Assembly: GCA_019057385.1 (NCBI GenBank)
Contig: JAHQJS010000004.1
Span: 340,535 to 364,534, forward strand
DNA length: 24,000 nt
Source: Candidatus Borrarchaeum weybense
GTDB lineage: Archaea > Asgardarchaeota > Sifarchaeia > Borrarchaeales > Borrarchaeaceae
Direction of reading: 5' to 3'
In this document: in pieces, positions 8,107 to 15,070 of the stretch
Position numbering within the stretch: position 1 is the first letter of the stretch
How the letters are laid out: the number at the start of each line of letters is the position of its first letter
The notes under the pieces: generated by a model
Told to the model about the DNA's origin: nothing
What the model saw: only the letters and a program-made list of their open reading frames with translations
Database searches by the model: none
Position numbers and translations under genes: made by a program

Positions 8107-8673
8107 TTGGTTATCAGAATAAAAACTACATATTATCCATCTCTTAATGTTCAACAAATTAACTTTGTCCAAACAATCCTTATAAGATGGTGGAAAGAGG
8201 AAATAAGTGCAAAAGGAAAAAGAGACTTTTTCTGGAGGAAATGGATACTTGATCCTAAGATGACTACCGTCATTTTGGAGGATTTTTCGTTTCCTCGTGA
8301 TTTTGGTATATTTTGTACTGAAACAGCCCTGCGAAAAACACGCGCTGAAACTGTAGAAATTCATTTTAGACCATTTTTCAGGAGGTTTCATAGTTTTCAA
8401 GAAGTTAAAGCTGCAGATACAAAAGAATTAAGAAAAGTCCTATACCCCCTAGGTCGTGTCTCCCAGAATGTACGAGACCTTAAACAACGGGCTACAATAA
8501 TAATAAACGAATTTAATTCGGAAGTCCCATGTACTAAAGAATACATAAGACGTCTAATGAAAACCTATACACGAAAAATCTTACTGGAACACAGTTTCGA
8601 ACATGGAGATGCAATAAACAGTACTTTGGTGCCTTTGCCACAATTCCTCCATCAGCTAATTCTAAGAGATTAA
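8107..8673 (+). CDS. Divergent or degenerate HhH-GPD superfamily protein (MutY / endonuclease III / mismatch glycosylase-like), 188 aa
   Basis: FFWRKWILDP, ETALRKTRAETVEIHFRPFFRRFHSFQEVKAADTKELRKVLYPLGRVSQNVRDLKQRATIIINEFNSEVPCTKEYIRRL follow the classical 'pWR..rdPy...iaE.mLqqTra..v...y..Fl..FPt...la.a...el...l..lGly.qra..L...A..iv..f.GevP.t...L..L' layout. The expected LPGVG..TA motif and catalytic VD are missing. TTG start. Confidence 0.55.
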   Translation: MVIRIKTTYYPSLNVQQINFVQTILIRWWKEEISAKGKRDFFWRKWILDPKMTTVILEDFSFPRDFGIFCTETALRKTRAETVEIHFRPFFRRFHSFQEVKAADTKELRKVLYPLGRVSQNVRDLKQRATIIINEFNSEVPCTKEYIRRLMKTYTRKILLEHSFEHGDAINSTLVPLPQFLHQLILRD

Positions 8674-8747
8674 GAGGATACAACATTTAAACCTTTGTGT
8701 GAGACCTTTTTCGTCTACCGCAAGTCAATGACCTCATTATAAAATAG

Positions 8748-8873
8748 TTATACTAGAAAAAGAAGAATTAATTGTAGTTCCCAGAGAACATCATCAATTT
8801 GATCTTCGCTTAAAGTCTTAGTGGATACCTTGTCAGCGAATCCTGTGAGACTCTTTTTTAACTTTTCAAACAT
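8748..8873 (-). pseudogene. ftsY: Truncated FtsY (SRP receptor) N-terminal fragment, 41 codons then stop
   Basis: Reverse translation gives MFEKLKKSLTGFADKVSTKTLSEDQIDDVLWELQLILLFLV*, matching the archaeal FtsY N-terminus up to WELQL.LL and then losing similarity. It sits directly downstream of prefoldin alpha, the standard archaeal position of ftsY. Confidence 0.75.
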
Positions 8874-8935
8874 CTTAATTTCTCTCTATGAAGGTCACTT
8901 AAACAGTAATTGTTCAGAAAAAAGTAATATTGATG

Positions 8936-9361
8936 CTATTTTTGTTGCATCTTATTGTAAGTTTCTTGTACAGTAGCCCGAAGTTCTTCTATTCTCTGGA
9001 GAGTGGTTCCCAACTGGTTTTGGAGTGTTGTGGAAATTCCTCGTAGTTCTTGTAATCGTTCAGCAAGTTTTTCTTGAGCGTTCTCTATACTCGTTTCAAT
9101 AACTACATCACTACCTATCCCTAGAATAACCTTTTGTACGTTTGCAAGTGTTGCAAAAACAAATGAATTCGATCCAATAGGTAAAAGGACCTCTTGACCT
9201 TCTTCTGCTTTAGTGATTCCATCAAGTGTGACACCTGTAATTGTAATCTGATTAATTTGAGCTTCAACAGCTTCGACATTAGTTCTTAATACATCTGCAT
9301 TAGCTTGTTGATGATTGAGTTCGTGAACCATCTGTTCAATCTTTTTTTGTTCTTCAGCCAT
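8936..9361 (-). CDS. pfdA: Prefoldin alpha subunit
   Basis: N- and C-terminal coiled coils around a beta region EVLLPIGSNSFVFATLANVQKVILGIGSDVVIETS; position between ftsY and rpl18a. Confidence 0.93.
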   Translation of the reverse strand: MAEEQKKIEQMVHELNHQQANADVLRTNVEAVEAQINQITITGVTLDGITKAEEGQEVLLPIGSNSFVFATLANVQKVILGIGSDVVIETSIENAQEKLAERLQELRGISTTLQNQLGTTLQRIEELRATVQETYNKMQQK

Positions 9362-9387
9362 TCTTTATGCCTCCCTTGGCAAATTAT

Positions 9388-9624
9388 TTATATTCGTGAT
9401 AATTCAGAAGTAAGGCTCTTCAGTACAGGATCGGTAATATCTTCATCTTGAATTTGTGAAATTTCAGTTATTTTTATGAATTTTCTTGGAACTTTGTGTT
9501 TACTCCCTATAAGGGATAAAACGTTTTCAATTGCATGGGTTTCTTTTAGGGCTTTGATCTCTTTGGCGAATGGGATCTTTTTACTCTTTGCTCTATAGAC
9601 GCCCTTAATCCGAAATACTGACAA
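9388..9624 (-). CDS. rpl18a: Archaeal ribosomal protein L18a / L20a / LX (start refined to TTG at 9624 preceded by gaggtg)
   Basis: SVFRIKGVYRAKSKKIPFAKEIKALKETHAIENVLSLIGSKHKVPRKFIKITEI matches the LX family ('ALSEEHALEKVYSLLGSKHRVKR...IKI.E'). Confidence 0.9.
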   Translation of the reverse strand: MSVFRIKGVYRAKSKKIPFAKEIKALKETHAIENVLSLIGSKHKVPRKFIKITEISQIQDEDITDPVLKSLTSELSRI

Positions 9625-9870
9625 TAAAAACACCTCTATTTTCAGTGAAACCTTTTGTGCACATCTTAACATATTATCTTTTAACCTTTTACATTTGGGT
9701 TGAGAATTTTTGCTTTGTAAAAAAACTCTTGCTGTGAAAATTGGTTTTTAAATTGCACAATGAAAAGCTTAATAATTTTTATCCTAGCAAGGTCATTCAT
9801 CTTGCAAAGACTTCGTTCTGAGTGATATTTATCTGGCGAGAGTCCTTTCTGAGAGTAAAATGGATTAACA

Positions 9871-10551
9871 GTGTACCTGGTGAACTGTGTGGTTATTGTT
9901 CAGAATAACTTTAATGGAATCGCCTCAGTCGGCATAATCTCACTGGCTACTGATAGTTATGTATTGGTTCCAAGAAACCTTCCAAAAAGAGTAGTCAATA
10001 AGCTACATGAGGTATTTGCTGCGCCAATTATCAAAACTTCAATTTATCAATCGCATCTAATTGGAATATTAGCCGCTGGTAATAAATTTGGTCTATTAAC
10101 TCATTTTCTTTCTGATGATGATGAGATTGAATATCTTAAGAAGGAAATTGGTATCCCTGTTGAAAGAATGAAAAGTAAACTAACTGTCGGAAATTGCATT
10201 CTTGCTAATGACAAAGGCGCAATTGCTGCGGATGAATTTGGTAAAGAAGACATTAAGCAAATCACTGATATTCTCAATGTAGAAGTTTTGCAAGGAAAGA
10301 TCGTCAATTCATCTTTAATCGGATCACTTGGAGCAGCAAGTAATGAAGGCGCTATGGTGCACCCATTAGCTACCGAAAAGGAATTAGAATGGATTAGCGA
10401 AGGCTTGAAAGTACATTCTGATATTGGGACCGTTAACAGAGGTGTTCCATATGTCTCAACAGGAATCTTAGTTAATTCACAGGGGTGCGTTACAGGCGAA
10501 GAGACTACAGGTCCTGAATTAGTAAGAATCTCACAAACATTCGCACTTTAA
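9871..10551 (+). CDS. eif6: Translation initiation factor 6 (aIF6/eIF6)
   Basis: NFNGIASVGIISLATDSYVLVP, internal pentameric repeats, TVGNCILANDKGAIAADEF, SLIGSLGAASNEGAMVHP, GTVNRGVPYVSTGILVNSQGCVTGEETTGPELVRI. The true start may be a few codons downstream. Confidence 0.95.
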   Translation: MYLVNCVVIVQNNFNGIASVGIISLATDSYVLVPRNLPKRVVNKLHEVFAAPIIKTSIYQSHLIGILAAGNKFGLLTHFLSDDDEIEYLKKEIGIPVERMKSKLTVGNCILANDKGAIAADEFGKEDIKQITDILNVEVLQGKIVNSSLIGSLGAASNEGAMVHPLATEKELEWISEGLKVHSDIGTVNRGVPYVSTGILVNSQGCVTGEETTGPELVRISQTFAL

Positions 10552-10633
10552 ACTCTTATTTATTATTGAGTATATAGTAATTACATTAATTTTTGAAAAA
10601 ACAAAAAGAGAAATATCTATTGAAATAAAATGT

Positions 10634-10921
10634 TCATTTTGCTAAGTAAACTTCACATATCCCTTCGGTGTCCTTCACTGCCCTAACTCTTATTTTTCTC
10701 GGAGGTTTTTCGATACCTCGCTTCCAAAGTTCTTCATTGAGTTCTGGATCAATTCGAATGTCAATAGGATTTACTTTCATATGACGTTCTATGTAGTGTT
10801 TCAGAATCTTTATCGCACGAACTGTGCGTTTATGCCGTGGGGCGTGCTTTACGTCACGAAATGGAATAGTATATAACTCTTCTTTTTCAATTTCTTCATC
10901 TAATATTTCTTCATCTGACAT
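10634..10921 (-). CDS. rpl31e: Ribosomal protein L31e
   Basis: YTIPFRDVKHAPRHKRTVRAIKILKHYIERHMKVNPIDIRIDPELNEELWKRGIEKPPRKIRVRAVKDTEG. Confidence 0.96.
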   Translation of the reverse strand: MSDEEILDEEIEKEELYTIPFRDVKHAPRHKRTVRAIKILKHYIERHMKVNPIDIRIDPELNEELWKRGIEKPPRKIRVRAVKDTEGICEVYLAK

Positions 10922-10942
10922 TTCGTTTACGCATCCTTTCTA

Positions 10943-11098
10943 CTATTTCTTTAAGCGTGTACGTCGCCAATGCCTACTTTTAGGATGTGTACGCACTCTT
11001 CTTCGAGTTCTAACAACTATCCATGCAGGAACGCTTCTTGATTGCTTCAGTGCTTTTCCTAGTCGCAATTTTTTTCCTAAAGGTTTATATCGTGCCAA
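10943..11098 (-). CDS. rpl39e: Ribosomal protein L39e, 51 aa (TTG start; absent from supplied ORF track)
   Basis: Reverse-strand translation: [52 protein letters not shown] classic L39e immediately upstream of L31e, with ggag-type RBS ~10 nt before the start. Confidence 0.97.
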   Translation of the reverse strand: MARYKPLGKKLRLGKALKQSRSVPAWIVVRTRRRVRTHPKSRHWRRTRLKK

Positions 11099-11111
11099 TG
11101 ACAAGAATCTC

Positions 11112-11456
11112 CTATTTTCGTGTGATTTTAATATCTCTTTGTTTATCAGTCAATCTTCGTAAAATGGTTTTTAATTGGTCATCAGTTAATACATTGCCAA
11201 GTCGTCCAGCTTGTGCAAGTTGAATTAATTGAAGTTCAACCGCTTCAGCCAATTCGGGTTTTACAATTTTTATTCGATTCAATCGTTCTCTTGCTTCAGG
11301 AGTCAATATCTGTCGGAGTATTGCTTGTTTCTGGGCTTCTAGTTCCTGTTGCATTTGTGCTTGTCGTTCTTGTTCTCCTTGTTGCTGTTGTAACTCAAGC
11401 ATACGTCTTTTCTTTAATTCTTCAAGTTCTTCATCCGACAAGGTTTTTCCCTCCAA
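11112..11456 (-). CDS. PDCD5/TFAR19-family DNA-binding protein
   Basis: [20 protein letters not shown]...[57 protein letters not shown]...KITRK. Confidence 0.93.
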   Translation of the reverse strand: MEGKTLSDEELEELKKRRMLELQQQQGEQERQAQMQQELEAQKQAILRQILTPEARERLNRIKIVKPELAEAVELQLIQLAQAGRLGNVLTDDQLKTILRRLTDKQRDIKITRK

Positions 11457-11471
11457 GTTAAAAAATCATTC

Positions 11472-11903
11472 TTACTTTTTTAATTGCTTTAAAATCTTGT
11501 TAGCAGCACGATCCATAAAAGAACGACCTTTAGCCGATAATGTTCGGCCAGAAGTATCATTTGGCTTCTCAATAAAACCTAACGCCTCTAATTGTTGTAA
11601 ACCTAATCTAATTATCTTCCCAGCGCCTTTTCTAAAATGCTCTCTTCTATTGCCTTTGCGTAGTCTTCCTCCATACTTTATTCGAAGACGATTGACTCCA
11701 ATTGGGCCATTAATATATACTTTACGTAGCAGGCTAGCTAGCCTGACATACCACCAATTAGGATTGGTCGGTGCCTTCTCCCGAAAGACGCCAGTTTTAA
11801 CAAAGGACGCCCATGCTGGAGGTTTAAGCTCATCTATGTTCTTAAGTTCACTCGCAACTTCTTTATTTAGTATAGCCGCTGGCACTTCATAAATGGTAAC
11901 CAT
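11472..11903 (-). CDS. rps19e: Ribosomal protein S19e (start refined to internal Met MVTIYEVPA)
   Basis: TIYEVPAAILNKEVASELK..LKPPAWASFVKTGVFREKAPTNPNWWYVRLASLLRKVYINGPIGVNRLRIKYGGRLRKGNRREHFRKGAGKIIRLGLQQLEALGFI. Confidence 0.96.
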   Translation of the reverse strand: MVTIYEVPAAILNKEVASELKNIDELKPPAWASFVKTGVFREKAPTNPNWWYVRLASLLRKVYINGPIGVNRLRIKYGGRLRKGNRREHFRKGAGKIIRLGLQQLEALGFIEKPNDTSGRTLSAKGRSFMDRAANKILKQLKK

Positions 11904-12287
11904 GAAACATCTCACCGATACGAGATTTTGTTCCTCTATTCTAGTATTTTCGATACTAGACTTAATTCATTTATAAACATTTGCCAGTTGTCAATTTGAG
12001 CCTTATTTTTTCCCTTTATCTCTAAAGAGAAGAAAAAGGAAACCAATATCATCTTTCTTAAATTCCCAATTTAAATAAACTATCCTTTTCGTTATACAAC
12101 AAGACCAAGACTGTAAATAAAATTGCGAGATTTTTGCGAAAAATAAGAATTGATTCTTTAATATCTGTATAGACTATTTATTTTGCTTAGAATCAAAAAT
12201 TCAAAAAAAGGATAAAAAAAGTGAAAGATTTGATATTTTGAGATTTCTTATAAAGGTTGTTCTTTTATGGGGTTGGAACACTATTAT

Positions 12288-13859
12288 TTAACCTAACTGT
12301 GCTTTGAGCTCTGCAATCTCCTTCTTCAGGCGTGCAACTAAATCTGAGTGCTTCTCCTCGGAGATTTTTCCATCAAGGAGCAGATCATCTGCTTTTTCTA
12401 TTCTTTCTTGACGCTCTTTTATCTCATTTTTAATTTTACCTGTATCAGTAGACGTGGTTGGAATCGTTGATGGCCCTGCGACTGGAACAACACCAGCTCC
12501 GGTGACTATTGTTGGGGATGCATCAATTGAGACACCTTTCTTACCTAGTTCACGATATCCTTCAGCTTTTACAAGATCCTCAACACTTATGCCCGCTTCT
12601 TTGGCTCGTAAATACAACTCTGCGTCAATACCTTTCATTGTAGCGTACTTTTCAGCTTCTATTCGTGCAAGTGCTTCATCTTCAGCAGTTGATGAGAGTG
12701 CTTCATATTTTGCTTTCATAGCTTCTAATTCTGCTAGTTTTAACTCCTTTTCTTTTTCAAGCATCGCAAGTTCTGTTTCGGAACTTATCATTTTCGCCTT
12801 GGCAGTTTTTTGTATAACTAATTCTTCGTATTCTTCAGCTCCAGCGATGGTTGCTATTTCAAGTCGCGCTAACTGGACTCCCCAATCGCCAAATGTATTC
12901 TCAGCGATTACTTTTGCTTTAGTGGAAATACCTTCGCGATTTGAAAACACATCTTCTAATGGATAGGTGGATAATGTTTGCGTTACGATTCCTCTCATGG
13001 AGTCTTTTGCCCAGTTATCAAATTCATCAGGCGCTAATTTCTCCTTACCACCAATAAAGTTTTGAACGAGGCGTTTAGGGTCACTAATTTTGATGTACGC
13101 CGTGCCTGAGGCTCCGATCTTTATCTTATCTTGTGTATAGATACGTTTAGGAACTCCCCAGGGAATTTTATATTCACGTGTATTTACCCATACGACTTCA
13201 GTGCCAACTAGTGCACTGTAGAGTTTTCGTACATCCATTCCGCTGAAGATTTTGTGAAGTAGTCCTTTAGAATCCTCTTTTCTCCACGCTTTGTCCATTT
13301 TCCCTGAAGCTTCTAATTCTTGCGCACGTTCTCTCGCTTTTTCTTCAATTTTTCTCTCTTCTTCTGGTATTAAATCATATACCCCTGCGCTTAATTCTCC
13401 TATCAAAGCTCCCTGTTTATAGAACAATGCTTTTTCATACGATCGTACAACAAATCCTCGAATGGGTTCCTGAAGTCTCGCATCATATCCACACTTCTTG
13501 CAGAAAGGCTGACCTGCTTTAATTGTAGAAACTCGTTCGGTAGGTATATCTGCACCACATTTTCTACAGAATTGTTGTCCTTTATTTGCAAGTGTTCCAC
13601 ATTTTGGACATTTCCTTGCTTCTGCTAGTTTTCTACATCCCGGACAGTGCATATCATAAATTGGCGGAGCATTCATAATATCTTCATATGTAAGTCGATG
13701 TATTATTCCAGGATATACTTGGTGGTTCCAAATGTAGGTATATCGATCTCTACCCCATTCTTTTTCAATTACCTCATCAGCGTCTAATCCTTTGTCTGCT
13801 ACTCTTTTAACATCCTTGTCCACTTTTCTGGTTCTAAACCATTCTTTAATCGACGACAT
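12288..13859 (-). CDS. SPFH/band-7-like protein with embedded N-terminal zinc ribbons, 523 aa
   Basis: Zinc ribbons CPGCRKL..RKCPKCG..FCRKCG..PFCKKCG; SPFH-like core (VVRSYEKALFYKQGALIGELSAGVYDL ... GTEVVWVNTREYKIPWGVP ... YIKISDPKRLVQNFIGG ... ITQTLSTYPLEDVFSNREGISTKAKVIAENTFGDWGVQLARLEIATI), AE-rich coiled coil and a SHOCT-like C-terminus (ADDLLLDGKISEEKHSDLVARLKKEIAELKAQL). Confidence 0.75.
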   Translation of the reverse strand: MSSIKEWFRTRKVDKDVKRVADKGLDADEVIEKEWGRDRYTYIWNHQVYPGIIHRLTYEDIMNAPPIYDMHCPGCRKLAEARKCPKCGTLANKGQQFCRKCGADIPTERVSTIKAGQPFCKKCGYDARLQEPIRGFVVRSYEKALFYKQGALIGELSAGVYDLIPEEERKIEEKARERAQELEASGKMDKAWRKEDSKGLLHKIFSGMDVRKLYSALVGTEVVWVNTREYKIPWGVPKRIYTQDKIKIGASGTAYIKISDPKRLVQNFIGGKEKLAPDEFDNWAKDSMRGIVTQTLSTYPLEDVFSNREGISTKAKVIAENTFGDWGVQLARLEIATIAGAEEYEELVIQKTAKAKMISSETELAMLEKEKELKLAELEAMKAKYEALSSTAEDEALARIEAEKYATMKGIDAELYLRAKEAGISVEDLVKAEGYRELGKKGVSIDASPTIVTGAGVVPVAGPSTIPTTSTDTGKIKNEIKERQERIEKADDLLLDGKISEEKHSDLVARLKKEIAELKAQLG

Positions 13860-13876
13860 TTCTCTCCATCCTCTCC

Positions 13877-15037
13877 TTATCCTTTATATAGGCTTGGTAC
13901 ATACCAAGCAGTGCCTCCCGCATAACTAGAATCACGTCGGGTAACTCCTTCTTGCTCAAGTGTTTGTAAAGCTCGCATTACACGTTCATTGTCCCATTGT
14001 GTTTTTACCAACAAATCTTCAAGGGAAATATATCCATTTGAGGTTGCAGCAAGCTCAAGTACTGTTCGTGAATCTTCTGTCATGCCAACTGGCACAAATT
14101 CGATTAGTTTTAAGCCTGAAGGTAATACATGTATATCAGCTATCATTCCTGATTTATCTAATTTCTTAACTGCTTTTTCGACATCATTTACATTGAATTC
14201 TATGTCTAATCTACGTTCACGCATTTTCATGTAGAGATCTGCGAGCGAACAGATGCCTCCTGTTTCATTTTTGATCATATCTTTGAGTTTAAGAATTTCT
14301 TCTCCAAGTTTCTCATAGTAGTCGCCTTTGCCAAAAAGTCGTGGTTTTTTCGCTTTTTCGTCTTCCATTGCTTTTCTAACATCACTGACTTTATCCTTTT
14401 CTCGATGTCTCATTTGCCATAGTTTTTCGTCAAGAATTTCTTCTATATTTTTGTATACACCATGCCATCTACCAGGTATTGCTTGGTAAATGTGATCTGC
14501 TGGGGTCACACCTAACAATAAATCATTCCTCTTTTTGAAAAGACTCACTACATCATCCATATCACTCTTTATTTCTCTTAGAGCTTTCTTAGCGTCTTCA
14601 GCATTACCATCTTCTACCTTAGGAAGTAAAGTTTCTCGTAATATTTCAGCCATTGCATCCACTTCAAATAACGTAAGCATATCTATCCCAACAAGGTTTT
14701 TGAACGTATCTGATTCTAACGTAACATCAAACTTTGTTGGCCCTTCAGCAATTTTGCTTTGTTTTTGGAGTTTTTCAAATTCGAAAATGGGAGCCATCAA
14801 CTCAACGTCTTGTTGAAATCTGTTCAATTTCTTCCTTAATCTTTCGCCTAACTTTAATACATCATCGTTACCTATGTCAACCGAAGCTTTCTGGATCTCT
14901 CCTAATAACTCATCTGAGTTTGTTAGACTATTTAACATCTTTTCTTTTAAGACACGATCATAATTTTCTCGCATCTCTTTCCTCCAACCAGGCTTAATCC
15001 ATTTGAAATAATTCTTAATTTTTCTAAGCCTTTCCAT
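13877..15037 (-). CDS. EAP30-domain ESCRT-II (Vps22/Vps36)-like protein with a coiled-coil N-terminal extension, 386 aa
   Basis: C-terminal tandem winged helices: TGGICSLADLYMKMRERRLDIEFNVNDVEKAVKKLDKSGMIADIHVLPSGLKLIEFVPVGMTEDSRTVLELAATSNGYISLEDLLVKTQWDNERVMRALQTLEQEGVTRRD....WYVPSL. This parallels SNF8/Vps22 ('NGGLITLEELH...DLIRAIKKLKALG..F.I.PVGGTYLIQSVPAELNMDHTVVLQLAEKNGYVTVSEIKASLKWETERARQVLEHLLKEGLAWLD....YWLPAL'). Confidence 0.75.
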   Translation of the reverse strand: MERLRKIKNYFKWIKPGWRKEMRENYDRVLKEKMLNSLTNSDELLGEIQKASVDIGNDDVLKLGERLRKKLNRFQQDVELMAPIFEFEKLQKQSKIAEGPTKFDVTLESDTFKNLVGIDMLTLFEVDAMAEILRETLLPKVEDGNAEDAKKALREIKSDMDDVVSLFKKRNDLLLGVTPADHIYQAIPGRWHGVYKNIEEILDEKLWQMRHREKDKVSDVRKAMEDEKAKKPRLFGKGDYYEKLGEEILKLKDMIKNETGGICSLADLYMKMRERRLDIEFNVNDVEKAVKKLDKSGMIADIHVLPSGLKLIEFVPVGMTEDSRTVLELAATSNGYISLEDLLVKTQWDNERVMRALQTLEQEGVTRRDSSYAGGTAWYVPSLYKG

Positions 15038-15070
15038 GGGTCACACTCCTTTTTTTCATTTTTTTTCTAT

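Noticed and set aside
8012-8122. Short plus-strand ORF (MEKVEAFSWYFVKNKWPDLINRFHIFPIGLLGWLSE)
   Set aside because: Only 36 codons and slightly hydrophobic with no family signal; cannot be supported as a gene, although it might be a small peptide.
7978-8400. Minus-strand 140-aa ORF
   Set aside because: Antisense to the HhH-GPD-like ORF, rich in S/F/Y/K with no recognisable motif; probably spurious.
1231-8760. Calling the island a bona fide casposon
   Set aside because: No PolB, terminal inverted repeats or target-site duplication could be identified in the window. The left boundary is outside it, so this is kept only as a hypothesis.
11213-11892. Plus-strand ORFs opposite PDCD5 and S19e (82 aa, 131 aa)
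   Set aside because: Antisense to confidently identified conserved genes.
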